From NCBI GenBank assembly GCA_965228895.1, contig OZ245842.1, forward strand, positions 192,001 through 256,000: a DNA stretch of 64,000 nucleotides, read 5' to 3'. Within the stretch, counting starts at the first letter, position 1. Each line of letters opens with the position of its first letter. This stretch comes from Alphaproteobacteria bacterium (GTDB taxonomy: Bacteria; Pseudomonadota; Alphaproteobacteria; SP197). Made by a program: the position numbers and the translations under genes. Below the pieces are notes generated by a model. It was not told where the DNA came from and ran no database searches. It saw only the letters and a program-made list of their open reading frames with translations. Shown here piece after piece: positions 1 to 9,596 of this stretch.

Positions 1-59
1 GGATGACGCAGGCAGCTTTCTTCTGACTTCGGCTGGCAGCCGCAGGCAATCTCCCTGGA

Positions 60-302
60 CTAGGGTGCCGCGCTCAACCAGGCGTGTGTTTCGTCGTCCA
101 GGCGCACCAGGCGGCGGCCGGACGGGCCGGTGACGATGACCGCGACAGGTCGCTTGGCGGCCATCAGCCAGGGTCCGCAGAGTGTGGTGCCGGCCGCGCA
201 TTCCTCCAGAACGACCGGCGTGAAGACGAGATCGCCAACTGACAGCGATGGTCCGCGGCGCAATCGTCTGTGCGCGTTGCCTAGTTTCGATTCAGAAGCC
301 AT
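60..302 (-). CDS. small hypothetical protein, distant GerW/YtfJ-like paralog
   Basis: 80 aa; pattern GPSLSVGDLVFTPV...KRPVAVIV parallels GEP..HNGVTIIPLV...IRPVAVII of the YtfJ protein two genes upstream; overlaps the 3' end of the DUF2953-like gene. Confidence 0.55.
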   Translation of the reverse strand: MASESKLGNAHRRLRRGPSLSVGDLVFTPVVLEECAAGTTLCGPWLMAAKRPVAVIVTGPSGRRLVRLDDETHAWLSAAP

Positions 303-838
303 CGCCGCACCTCCGGCGAGAAGGCGAACGCGGCCATCGGTGACAGAAGCGTTATCGGAACAATGCGGATTTCGCCCGTTCCCACACCTTCAAAGTAGGG
401 ACCTGCGAAGTCGGGTGTCAGGGCAACGCGCGTTCGCGGCAGCGCGTTCGCCATGGCCACGACGGGCGCCGTATAGCCGGCCAGTTCCCCGGTCGAAGCG
501 GGATCGTCGGTTCCGACGGTGAGGTCGAGCTCGACGCGGCGGATTTGGATACGACCAAGGAGGTCGCCGAAAAGATCCAAACCGCGCCATAAAACGTCCG
601 AACTCGGCTTTCTGCCCCGTCGCTTCTTCTTTCCGGGCGTTCGCTTTTGTGGGGCGGACGGCTCCTTATCGCCCCTAGACGTCCGAACGCGAACAAGGCC
701 AAAGAGCCAACCGATCTCAAGCGTCAGACGCAGACGTTTTTGCGCCTCCAGATGTGCGGTGACGTCGACGGGCACGGCAAGCGCAACGATCGTGACGCCG
801 ACAAGTCCCAGCACAGTCCACAGCAGGACCTCAAGCAT
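281..838 (-). CDS. DUF2953-family membrane-anchored protein (YtfI-like)
   Basis: N-terminal TM helix, Lys/Arg-rich linker, G.DDPA.TG motif and PDF typical of DUF2953; directly downstream of ytfJ-like gene. Confidence 0.75.
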   Translation of the reverse strand: MLEVLLWTVLGLVGVTIVALAVPVDVTAHLEAQKRLRLTLEIGWLFGLVRVRTSRGDKEPSAPQKRTPGKKKRRGRKPSSDVLWRGLDLFGDLLGRIQIRRVELDLTVGTDDPASTGELAGYTAPVVAMANALPRTRVALTPDFAGPYFEGVGTGEIRIVPITLLSPMAAFAFSPEVRRWLLNRN

Positions 839-856
839 GCGGATTCACCCGGCGTG

Positions 857-1222
857 CTAGGTTCCCTCCGTTGTTCCGGGCTCGTCCTTGGACTTGCGCG
901 TGCTCTCGACGACCTTGCCGACGGCTTCGCCCAGCGTCTCAACAATTGTCGCTCTGCTATCCCGGATCGACTGGATACGGCTGCCGTTCTCATCGATGAT
1001 TATCACGGCCACTGGGCGGATACCGCCGCCACCGCCGGTACCGGTTCCCGTGGAATCGTCCTTGCGCTTGGACCCGCCAGCGCCGAAACCAAAGCCGAAG
1101 CTGACAAGCGGGATGATGGTCACACCGTTATGGGTCGTGGGTTCGCCGATAACGTTCTGCACCTTCAGGAGCTTGTCGAGCTCGCCCACCGACTGCTTCA
1201 AGAGAGCATCTACGTCTGCCAT
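857..1222 (-). CDS. ytfJ: GerW/YtfJ family protein
   Basis: VIGEP...IIPLVSFGFGFGAGG...GGGGGIRPVAVIII signature; start moved to ATG 1222 after a GGAGG RBS. Confidence 0.85.
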   Translation of the reverse strand: MADVDALLKQSVGELDKLLKVQNVIGEPTTHNGVTIIPLVSFGFGFGAGGSKRKDDSTGTGTGGGGGIRPVAVIIIDENGSRIQSIRDSRATIVETLGEAVGKVVESTRKSKDEPGTTEGT

Positions 1223-1324
1223 GGGACCTCCCCGGTTCTGTGCCCTCGACTTGGTAGGCGACCTGGAGGCAAGCCACATTGACCTGCGTCAAGTGGCATT
1301 GCGCGGCAAACAAGCTGTCTTGAC

Positions 1325-2212
1325 TCAGACCACCTTTTGCAGGGCCTCGATGTGGTCGACGCGGATACCGCAGCAGCCGCCGATGACCTGAACGCCACGA
1401 CCGAGCCAGCGCTGGGCATTCGCGGCGTAGTCGTCCGGTGTGATGGTGCCGTCGAAGACCCATTTACCGTCAATTTCGTCACCCGTGTGGGCATAGACGC
1501 CGACGGGTCCGTTCCAATGCTCATCGACAACGTCGAGGCAGGCGTCGATGTGTTTGACCTCGGTGTGCATGATGTTGATCAGCGGGACGCCCTTGTCCTT
1601 GAGCACGGCGAGCACATCGGCTAGCGGACCGCCTTTCCACAAACACACGGTGCCGGTGTCGTCGGGCTCGCAGGTCAGGCCGACCCAGACCGGCAGGCCG
1701 CTTGACCGGGCCGCATCGAGCGTGACCAGCATCTGCTCGCTGTCGATCATCATCTCCAGCATCAGGAGGTCGGCGCCGGCATCCGCCATGATCGCCGCCT
1801 GTTGGGCGGCGTTCTCGCTCAGAACATCGAGCGTTGGCGGATTATCCGTCCACGTCCAGTACGAGATGCCGCCGGCGACCAGGACGTCCGGCGTTGCCAA
1901 ACGCTCGCGCGCCTCGATGGCAAGCTCCACGGCACGCCTGTTGTAGTCCTCGAACTGGTCGGCGACGCCGGCGTCTTCCAACGCGTGACGATGCGTCGCG
2001 AACGTGTTGGAAATGACGATCTGGGCGCCGTGGCGGATGTAGTCTTCGTGGATGCCGCGCACGATGTCCGGGTGGCTCAGCGTACCGCCGCCGTTCCAGG
2101 CGTTTTCCAGATGCGGCACGCCGCGCCGATCGACCTCGGTGCCGGTCGCCCCGTCGATCAGGATGCGCTCGCCGTTCTGGATGCGGCGCATCAGGTTGTC
2201 ATAGCGGTTCAT
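1325..2212 (-). CDS. homocysteine S-methyltransferase family protein
   Basis: ILIDGATGTE, H.DYI..GA.I..SNTF, GVYAH, terminal IGGCCG; start at ATG 2212 (MNRYD) after GAGGA. Confidence 0.85.
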   Translation of the reverse strand: MNRYDNLMRRIQNGERILIDGATGTEVDRRGVPHLENAWNGGGTLSHPDIVRGIHEDYIRHGAQIVISNTFATHRHALEDAGVADQFEDYNRRAVELAIEARERLATPDVLVAGGISYWTWTDNPPTLDVLSENAAQQAAIMADAGADLLMLEMMIDSEQMLVTLDAARSSGLPVWVGLTCEPDDTGTVCLWKGGPLADVLAVLKDKGVPLINIMHTEVKHIDACLDVVDEHWNGPVGVYAHTGDEIDGKWVFDGTITPDDYAANAQRWLGRGVQVIGGCCGIRVDHIEALQKVV

Positions 2213-2250
2213 GATCGAAGTCCTCGTGATGTGGTCTGTCGGCAGTTGTT

Positions 2251-4029
2251 TTAGTCGAGCAAGCCGGCGGCCTTTAGGCCGGAAAGTGAATGCTCGGCGA
2301 GCTCCGGGCGGTTGCCGGCGAGGTTTTCGATTTGCGCCGCCAGGTGCTGCGGCGTCATGGCGGGATTGGCGCGCAGCGCGCGGTCCATCGCCTGCTTGGC
2401 CTCGTCGTAGCGGCCGAGCTGGCCGAGCGCGTTGGCAAGCGTCACCCAGGCGCCGGCATAGCCAGGCTGGGCCTCGACGCTTTTGCGCGCGAACGTGACC
2501 GCTTCCTCGGCCCGGTTGTCGCGTGCGCAGGCATTGGCCTTGAAGTAGTGCCAATAGGGCACCATCGGATGGTTTGGCGCGGCGGCCAGGATGCGGTCGA
2601 GGACAGCGTGGCCCTCCTGCAACTCGTCGCCCGTGCCGCCATAGGCGAGCGTGCGGCCAAGCCTTCCCCAACTATGGAAATCGAACGGCGCGATCGCGAC
2701 CGCGCGGCGTAGCGCTCTGACGGCCTTGTCGTGTTCGCCGCAATTGCTCAACACGTTGCCCAGCGCGCGCAGGACAACGGGGTCGTCGGCCGACAACTCG
2801 CTCGCCCGCTCGACGGCGGCCAGCGCTGCCGCACGGTCCTCGTCGGGCCTGTCGCTCAAGCCGTTCATGACGCGCTGCATCAGGACCGACGCCAGGCTTG
2901 CATGGGCGCCGGCATAGTTCGGATCGATGGCGATGGCTTCTTGCGCAAAGGCAAGCGCGTCGTCGCCGGCATTGCGATTGATCGGCAGGTTCTGGGCCCT
3001 TGCCTTCTGCACGAGGCCCCAGGCGTCCAGGCTCTCGGTCGGCCGGCGCCGGGCGCGCTGCCATTCGGCGCGCAGAAATTCGCCGCCGAAGGCGATGACG
3101 ATGGATTCGGCGATCTCCTCCTGCACGGCAAAGAGGTCGTCGAGTTGGCGCTGATAGGTCTCCGACCACAACTGGCTGCGGTCGGCGGCGTCGGACAGTT
3201 CGGCGGTGACGCGTATGCGGTCGCCGGCGCGCCGCACGCTGCCGGTCAGCACATAACGAAGCTGCAGGTCGCGGACCACCTGCCACATATCCTCGCTGCG
3301 GCCGCGATGCGCGAAGGTCGCGGGTCTTGAGGCGACGCGCAGGTCGTTGATCTTCGACAGCATGCCGATGATTTCCATCGCGATCCCGTCGGCCAGATAC
3401 GCATCGTCGGGGTCCGGCGACAGGCTTTCAAAGGGAAAGACGGCGATAGACCCGCGCGCCTCTTCGAGACGAGGCGGCGCCGGTTGATCGGACGGCGCAC
3501 GGCTAGACGGCGCGGCCTTGCTGGAGATCCGGTAGGCGTGAATGGGTTCGGCGATGTTCTTGACCGTCTGCTCGCCCAGATCGACATGGTCGAGATCCAG
3601 ACGGTTCTTGATCTGCTCGAACACCGCGCGCGAGGCGCAGATGCCGCCGGGTTCGGCGAGACCTTCCAGGCGCGAGGCGACGTTGACGCCGTCGCCGTGA
3701 ATGTCCTCGTCTTCGATGATCACATCGCCCAGGTTGATACCGATACGGAACTGCAGCGACTGGTCGCGTGCCTTGTCCTGTTCGCGTTCGCTGACGCCTT
3801 TTTGCCAGGCGACCGCGCATTCGACCGCCTCGACAACGCTTTGGAACTCCAGCAGCAGCCCGTCGCCCATCAGCTTGACGATGCGGCCCTTGTGCTGGGC
3901 GATGATCGGCTCCAGGAAGTCATGGCGCAGCGTCTTCAAATGCGCGTGCGTGCCGACCTCATCCGCGCCCATCAGGCGCGAATAGCCGACCACGTCCGCT
4001 GCAAGTATGGCCGCCAGGCGTCGCTGCAT
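2251..4029 (-). CDS. class III adenylate/guanylate cyclase with TolB-like and TPR domains
   Basis: ILAADVVGYS, KLMGDG, GDGVNVASRLE cyclase motifs; SIAVFPF/GSVRRAGDRIRV TolB-N-like module; C-terminal TPRs. Confidence 0.92.
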   Translation of the reverse strand: MQRRLAAILAADVVGYSRLMGADEVGTHAHLKTLRHDFLEPIIAQHKGRIVKLMGDGLLLEFQSVVEAVECAVAWQKGVSEREQDKARDQSLQFRIGINLGDVIIEDEDIHGDGVNVASRLEGLAEPGGICASRAVFEQIKNRLDLDHVDLGEQTVKNIAEPIHAYRISSKAAPSSRAPSDQPAPPRLEEARGSIAVFPFESLSPDPDDAYLADGIAMEIIGMLSKINDLRVASRPATFAHRGRSEDMWQVVRDLQLRYVLTGSVRRAGDRIRVTAELSDAADRSQLWSETYQRQLDDLFAVQEEIAESIVIAFGGEFLRAEWQRARRRPTESLDAWGLVQKARAQNLPINRNAGDDALAFAQEAIAIDPNYAGAHASLASVLMQRVMNGLSDRPDEDRAAALAAVERASELSADDPVVLRALGNVLSNCGEHDKAVRALRRAVAIAPFDFHSWGRLGRTLAYGGTGDELQEGHAVLDRILAAAPNHPMVPYWHYFKANACARDNRAEEAVTFARKSVEAQPGYAGAWVTLANALGQLGRYDEAKQAMDRALRANPAMTPQHLAAQIENLAGNRPELAEHSLSGLKAAGLLD

Positions 4030-4114
4030 GCCCTGCCTCCCTAAAGACAGAGACTAACGATCTAGGGCCTCGGAATCTATGTCACTGACAAGACGTTCGC
4101 ATGCCCAAGTCGGG

Positions 4115-4750
4115 TCATGATCCGCAGAAATTGGCTGTCAGCAGGCGGTCATAAAGCCGCGTCATCTCGCGCTCGCCGACAGTCGTTACCGGGACTCCGA
4201 GATGGTTGAGCAACGAATCAACGAAATCATGCCAGCCGACGGCAACGCCGACCCAATGGGTGCCGGGTCCGCCGGGCTGCCACGCGCCTGTGTCGCCGTC
4301 CTTACCATCGGGCGCCGTCGCGCCCGGCGCCATACGGTCGACCAGTCGAAAATGTGTGCCGTTATCGATGGCCTCGATCTCGAAACGAGTTCGGCCGCCG
4401 TGATCGGCCGCGAACTCAATTGCGGAGCCGGGAGCAAGCGCCGCGATTGTGCCATCCCAACCATCTTTGAACGAAAATCGGCCGTCGACACGGGCGTCCA
4501 TGGTCGTTTCCATGAACCACGCCGACAGCTCAGCGGGATCGCTGATAGCGGACCAGACGCGCGCGCGATCAACAGGCAGCTCGCGGCGGAACGTCAGCGT
4601 GCCGGGGTCGGTGAGTTCTCCCAGTAAGGGCGAAAAGGCCACCAGCGCAGACCAGTTCTCGAAGCCGTACTCGCGTGCGACCTCATCGTCTTCACGTCGC
4701 AACATTTCGGCTTCGTCGCGGAGTAGGTTGTTAAGAGCGGTACCGGTCAC
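4115..4750 (-). CDS. SRPBCC/AHSA1 domain protein with short N-terminal extension
   Basis: FRRELPV..ARVWSAISDP.ELSAW and C-terminal GW..F...L helix. Confidence 0.75.
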   Translation of the reverse strand: MTGTALNNLLRDEAEMLRREDDEVAREYGFENWSALVAFSPLLGELTDPGTLTFRRELPVDRARVWSAISDPAELSAWFMETTMDARVDGRFSFKDGWDGTIAALAPGSAIEFAADHGGRTRFEIEAIDNGTHFRLVDRMAPGATAPDGKDGDTGAWQPGGPGTHWVGVAVGWHDFVDSLLNHLGVPVTTVGEREMTRLYDRLLTANFCGS

Positions 4751-4757
4751 GGGGTGC

Positions 4758-6488
4758 CTAAAACGGCTTCACCGCATCGGCGATGCGGGCGAGTTTGAGG
4801 GCGTCGTAGCGTTCGTCGGTATCCGGCAAATCGTGGGCCAGACGGAAAGCGGTCATGCCGTTGGGCAGGGGCTGGATGATGTTGCCGCCGTAGCCGCGCA
4901 TGGTCGCCAGGCGCATGAAACCGCGTTCCCGGCTCGCGTAACCCTGCATCCAATAGGCCAGGTGATAGGTAATATCGCCGTCGGTGGTCGTGTGGCCGGT
5001 GGGCAACCCCTTGTCGGGCGAGGGATCGAGCGCCTCGCGGACGAGCGACGGGTCGAGCAACTGCTCGCCATCGTGCACGCCGCCGTCATCCAACAGCCGG
5101 CCAAGCTTGGCAATGTCGTCGAGGCCGAGGAAAAAACCGAACGCTGTCACTGGTACACCCAACGAGCCGTCGGGTTCCAAGGTGCGGTTCGTGTCGGCGC
5201 CGCGAATGCCGATGGGCCGGTAGACCTCGTCGGCAACCATGGCGAAGAGATCGGCGTCGGGACTCCGATGCCGCTTCCAGACGGCGTCCATGGCGACGCC
5301 GGCCATAAAGAGGTCCTGATCGCGGTAACGGGCGACCTCGCCGGGTCCCCATGGATAGCTCGGGCAGGCGAAGGCGGCGGCCAGCTTGTCGTTGCGGCTC
5401 TTGGCGGCGTACCAGGCCTGATAGGCGCGATAGCAGGGCTCGCCCGTGCCGCCGATGTGTTCGGGCCCGGTCAGGTTGTCGGCGTGGATATCCAGGACGT
5501 CACGGCTTGGCGAGGCCGTGCCGATGCCGCTTGCCATGTTCAGGCAATCCCTGATCGTCACATGCAGCCAGCCGTCGTGAACGGCCGGCACCTCGACCAC
5601 ATCGCCGACAAGCGTGTTGCCGACGTCAGGTCCCAGATGATGCGCCAGCCGCATCAAGGCCGTCGTACCGAACGCCGCCTTGGTCGCCGACCACAGGCCG
5701 AACCGCATGGCGCGCGGGAAGGGGGCGGTGCCATGCTCGACCCGCATGGATGTGGCGTAAATGACATCGCCGATCACCAGGCCGGCAACGATCTCGCTGT
5801 CGGCGCCCGGTCCCTCGCCGAGCGCATCGATCAGGTCGCGGCCGCAGTGCACCGCGAGTTCGTCGATCGGGCGAATGGCGTATTCCTCGCTGCGATCGGC
5901 CGCGTGATCGCGGGCAGCCATGTCGCTCTCGGCCGGTCCGCCGGTTCCGATGCGGACGGGGACACGCCCCCAAAGTTCGAACGTATTGGGCAGGTGGTCA
6001 GGCTGGGTATTGGTGATCTTCTGAACGGCAAGCGGCGTGATCGTCGTGTCGTCAAAAAGGAAACACGCCAGGCCGTGATGGGTTTCGTTCTCGCGCTCGT
6101 TGGAGAGCTGAAACGGAAACGATGCGCGCAGCAGCCCGCCGTCGCCCGGTTCCGACCACACATGACCGGCCCCCGCCGCCAGGTCCCAATAGCTGTCACC
6201 GGCTGAACGCCGCAATCCCCGTCTATTGGGGATCAGCGCGCCGTCCTTTGTCGTGAAGCCGATCGAGAGAGAGGGGAAGAGGCGGGGATCGCCGCCCAAA
6301 AGCGTTTGGTCGTTGAGCGCGGGGCAGTCGCTCGTCAGTGATGCTTCGTCGATGTGCAGCGTGCCGGCAAAGCCGCTGCGCGCCTTTGTTGCATCCGGAC
6401 CGGGGGTAAAAGCGGCATTGGCGACGGGACCGCTCATGGTCTCGCCGTCGCGCATCATCTGCGCTGTTAATGCGGTACGCTCTGCCAT
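4758..6488 (-). CDS. serine hydrolase (beta-lactamase class C-like) with large N-terminal domain
   Basis: SxxK motif WSATK, LNMASG, PG...RY, MRGYGGN; about 250 aa unassigned N-terminus. Confidence 0.8.
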   Translation of the reverse strand: MAERTALTAQMMRDGETMSGPVANAAFTPGPDATKARSGFAGTLHIDEASLTSDCPALNDQTLLGGDPRLFPSLSIGFTTKDGALIPNRRGLRRSAGDSYWDLAAGAGHVWSEPGDGGLLRASFPFQLSNERENETHHGLACFLFDDTTITPLAVQKITNTQPDHLPNTFELWGRVPVRIGTGGPAESDMAARDHAADRSEEYAIRPIDELAVHCGRDLIDALGEGPGADSEIVAGLVIGDVIYATSMRVEHGTAPFPRAMRFGLWSATKAAFGTTALMRLAHHLGPDVGNTLVGDVVEVPAVHDGWLHVTIRDCLNMASGIGTASPSRDVLDIHADNLTGPEHIGGTGEPCYRAYQAWYAAKSRNDKLAAAFACPSYPWGPGEVARYRDQDLFMAGVAMDAVWKRHRSPDADLFAMVADEVYRPIGIRGADTNRTLEPDGSLGVPVTAFGFFLGLDDIAKLGRLLDDGGVHDGEQLLDPSLVREALDPSPDKGLPTGHTTTDGDITYHLAYWMQGYASRERGFMRLATMRGYGGNIIQPLPNGMTAFRLAHDLPDTDERYDALKLARIADAVKPF

Positions 6489-6575
6489 CGAACCCCCTTA
6501 CGCCTGGACGAGCCGTGCGTGCCATCGGATCATAGGGCCGGGACCAACACAACCGCGCCGCGCCTCAGGAGAACA

Positions 6576-7439
6576 ATGACAACACCCATTCTGGTCATCG
6601 GGGCGACCGGCCATGTCGGCCGCGAAGTCGTCAATCAATTGAAAGCGGCCGGCATGCCCATGCGCATCATGACCCGGGACGCCAGCCGGGCGGCGGATCT
6701 GGGTCTTGCCGCCGACATGGTGGTCCAAGGCGATCTGCGCGAGCCCGGTTCGCTGGGTGACGCTGTTGCCGGGATCGAAAAGGCTTACTACGCGACACCC
6801 GATCCGGAAGACAACGTGGTCATGCTGGAGAACTTTCTGGCTGCCGGCAAACCGGCCGGTCTGCAGCATGTGGTCCGGCTCTCGGCGCGTTCCGCCGACA
6901 TTACCTCATCGGACGATCTGGCGCGCCGCCATGGCCTCGCCGAACAGGCATTGGAAAACGCCGGTCTCGCCTGGACCCATATCCGGCCCAGTTGGTTCAT
7001 GCAGATGATGGTTGAGTATGCGCCCGGCGGTCGCATGGCGTTGCCGGGTGGCGAGGGTCGGATCGGCTGGATCGATACCCGCGATGTCGCCGCCATGGCA
7101 GTGAAGGCGTTGACCGAGAGCGTGCACGAGGGCAAGTGCTACACGATCAGCGGGCCGGAGGCGCTCTCCTACGGCGATCTCGCCCGTTTGATGTCTGACG
7201 CGACCGGCCGCGACTTCGTCTACGAGGACATGACGCCGGAAGCCTATCGCGAGCAGCAACTCGCCGCCGGCGACGAGGATTGGTACGTCGATCTCGTGCT
7301 GCAGCTCTACGCGAACATACGGGCCGGACGTTATGCCTATCTGACCGACGAGTTCGAAGCGGTCATGGGCCGACCGGCGACGACCTTCGCTCAGTTCGCC
7401 AAGGATTGCGCCGCGGATCTGGTCAAGCAGCTCGATTGA
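6576..7439 (+). CDS. NmrA-like/atypical SDR NAD(P)-binding protein
   Basis: ILVIGATGHVG Rossmann motif, WTHIRPSWFMQ, IDTRDVA, SGPEALS; ATG 6576 after AGGAG. Confidence 0.88.
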   Translation: MTTPILVIGATGHVGREVVNQLKAAGMPMRIMTRDASRAADLGLAADMVVQGDLREPGSLGDAVAGIEKAYYATPDPEDNVVMLENFLAAGKPAGLQHVVRLSARSADITSSDDLARRHGLAEQALENAGLAWTHIRPSWFMQMMVEYAPGGRMALPGGEGRIGWIDTRDVAAMAVKALTESVHEGKCYTISGPEALSYGDLARLMSDATGRDFVYEDMTPEAYREQQLAAGDEDWYVDLVLQLYANIRAGRYAYLTDEFEAVMGRPATTFAQFAKDCAADLVKQLD

Positions 7440-8898
7440 CCGGTCGCACGCCCGACGTCAGGGATACTCGCAAAGCCTCCTCAAGGCTCGGGCAACGGAA
7501 CCCGAAACCTGCGTCGCACAGCCGAATGGGCTGAATGCGCTTGCTGGCGAGCAGCAGTTCCTGGCCCATCTCGCCGAACACCAGGCGAATCAGCCGGGCT
7601 GGTATGGCGAACAGGCATGGGCGCCCCAACTGGCGGGCCAGTGCCGCGGAGAACTGGGCATTGCGGACGGGCACCGGGGCGACGGCGTTGAACGGGCCTC
7701 TGAGGTCGTCGCGCGCAATCAGGAAGGCGATCATGGCGATGACGTCGTCCAGGTGAACCCAGGACATCCATTGCCGGCCAGAGCCCAGGCGCGCGCCCAG
7801 ACCGAACTCGAAGGGCGGCATCATCATGCCGAGCGGACCGCCATGGGCGGCGAGCACCAATCCCAGCCGCAGTTGCACAACGCGCACGCCGAAGCGGCAT
7901 GCCTTGCGCGATTCGGCTTCGCAGGCCGCGCACATGGCGTTGGAGAAGCCGGGTTCGGGTTTGGTGTTTTCGGTCACCGGCCGTTCGCTATCGCAGCCGT
8001 AGTAGCCGATCGCCGAGGCGCTAATCAGAACCTCCGGTTTGGCTTCAAGGCGGCCGATGAAAGCAACCAGCGCCCGCGTCGTATCGATCCGGCTGGCGCG
8101 CAGCAGCGCCTTGCGTTTGGCGGTCCAGCGGCGTGTTGCGACCGGCGCCCCCGCCAGATGGACGATCGCGTCAAAGACCTCGTCATCGCCGAAACTGTCG
8201 AGATCGGTCGTGATGCGCACCGGCAGCGGCAGGTCGCGCGCCTTGCGGGCGTCGCGGGTCAGAACCGTCACGTGATGGCCGGATTCGACCAGCGCAGCGG
8301 CCAGGCGTCGTCCGATGAAGCCGGTGCCGCCGGTGATCAGAATCCGTTTGGTGCCGCTGAGGTAGTCGGTAATCAGATCGGCGGCCGGATCGGTGGCCGG
8401 AGGGGCCTGGTCGACGGCGTGACTGCGCGCGGCATCGCGGAGGGTCCAGAAGGCAACGCCGGCAGCAAAGACAGTCATCACAGCCGACCAGGCGCCGCGC
8501 TGGACCAGGACAAGCGCGGTGGGTTCATGGGCCCAGGCGACGAGATAGGGCGCGAACAGCGCCAGAAAGGCGCCGTAGCTGACCGCAAGCACGGTGTGGA
8601 GGATCCGCTCGCTCTCTGGCAGCAGACGCGTGCGGTCTTCAATCACGAAGTCGCTAAGCGTGATGGCGATTTCGATCAGCAGCAGACCGGCAAACGCGAT
8701 TGCCAACAGGCCATGGGGTTCGGCCCAGGCCAGCACCAGGAAGATGACCGCATAGATGCCGTTGCGCGCCGCGTGCAGCCTGAGCTCCGTCGATGCCGTC
8801 TTCTTCCACGTCAGGCGCTCGGTCAATTCGTGGTGATAAGCCAGATCAAAGGCGCCGATCAGCGCCTGGGCGGTGGCCACGATCATCAGGGCTTCCAT
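7423..8898 (-). CDS. TIGR01777-family epimerase/oxidoreductase fused to an N-terminal membrane domain
   Basis: TGGTGFIG, HLAGA, SASAIGYYG, GSGRQWMSWVH (YfcH/SDR39U1-like); first ~160 aa contain several TM helices. Confidence 0.88.
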   Translation of the reverse strand: MEALMIVATAQALIGAFDLAYHHELTERLTWKKTASTELRLHAARNGIYAVIFLVLAWAEPHGLLAIAFAGLLLIEIAITLSDFVIEDRTRLLPESERILHTVLAVSYGAFLALFAPYLVAWAHEPTALVLVQRGAWSAVMTVFAAGVAFWTLRDAARSHAVDQAPPATDPAADLITDYLSGTKRILITGGTGFIGRRLAAALVESGHHVTVLTRDARKARDLPLPVRITTDLDSFGDDEVFDAIVHLAGAPVATRRWTAKRKALLRASRIDTTRALVAFIGRLEAKPEVLISASAIGYYGCDSERPVTENTKPEPGFSNAMCAACEAESRKACRFGVRVVQLRLGLVLAAHGGPLGMMMPPFEFGLGARLGSGRQWMSWVHLDDVIAMIAFLIARDDLRGPFNAVAPVPVRNAQFSAALARQLGRPCLFAIPARLIRLVFGEMGQELLLASKRIQPIRLCDAGFGFRCPSLEEALRVSLTSGVRPVNRAA

Positions 8899-9581
8899 GG
8901 GGCATCCTCCCGTTCGAAAAAATCACCTTCCTGGAACACCAACTCACCAAACCAGCGATGGCGGATCTGAAGCGTGAAACGAAACCGGCCGCCGCCGAGC
9001 TCACGGTGAGTGACGTGGGTGTTGCCAGGCGACAGAAGATCGGGCAGGGGCAGACGCAGCGGGCCGCAATGCCAGGCGTAGCCGCTGCTGATGAAATGCA
9101 GCGCGTGCTTTTCCGCCTTGAGATCGAGCCGCATGACAAAACCGCGGCCCAGGCACTCGAGCAGGCCGTCGCGCGGGTCGAAGCGTTTGACGCTGGTCAC
9201 GACAAAGCGCCGGCCGGCGGGGAACAGGTAGGCGCGGTTCCAGATGCCGGCGGCGCTTCCGGTATCGCCCTCGACGTCGATCATGGTGACGATGTCGTTG
9301 CCGGTCTTCGGGCACAGCGACGTGCCGAACAGGCGCGCCAGAAGGGCCAGTGCACGGCCGGCGCGTGACAGACGGACCGTTCCCATTAGGCCATAGAAAC
9401 CGCGTTTCGTGCTGTCATCGCCGAAGCGGGCGCGGATGGCGTGGTCCAGGCGCAACCAGGCGCGCTCACCCAGGAGCGAACGGTAGGTCGGCGCCGGTTC
9501 ATGGCTGCGCTGGATCGGGCGCGCCGTTGGCGCAAGCGCCACTCCGACCGTCGGAAGTTTCAGGAAATTTTGAAAGAACAT
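8886..9581 (-). CDS. DUF4166 domain protein
   Basis: W.RL..AIRARF, W.R.Y.F, LLE.LG, F.F.L...H.WFGEL..QEG.F; typical neighbour of TIGR01777/GbsR genes; start uncertain. Confidence 0.75.
   Translation of the reverse strand: MFFQNFLKLPTVGVALAPTARPIQRSHEPAPTYRSLLGERAWLRLDHAIRARFGDDSTKRGFYGLMGTVRLSRAGRALALLARLFGTSLCPKTGNDIVTMIDVEGDTGSAAGIWNRAYLFPAGRRFVVTSVKRFDPRDGLLECLGRGFVMRLDLKAEKHALHFISSGYAWHCGPLRLPLPDLLSPGNTHVTHRELGGGRFRFTLQIRHRWFGELVFQEGDFFEREDAPWKP
9558..9575. promoter_or_regulatory. putative second GbsR-type operator (TTTCAG-N6-TTGAAA)
   Basis: one-mismatch copy of the 10131-10150 inverted repeat at the start of the downstream gene. Confidence 0.5.
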
Positions 9582-9596
9582 CTCAAAAAATCTCCC

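Noticed and set aside
2213-2671. Apparent long N-terminal extension or fusion of the methyltransferase ORF (likewise 10951-11109, 24255-25019, 58069-58725)
   Set aside because: The extensions overlap other well-supported genes in a different frame, are Arg/Pro-rich noise, and better starts exist downstream; no frameshift evidence
4449-6206. 585-aa plus-strand ORF (also long ORFs 7753-8970, 16491-17705, 23025-24452, 24425-25756, 39170-40570, 61774-63693)
   Set aside because: Antisense shadows of well-supported genes, expected from high-GC codon bias; no recognisable motifs
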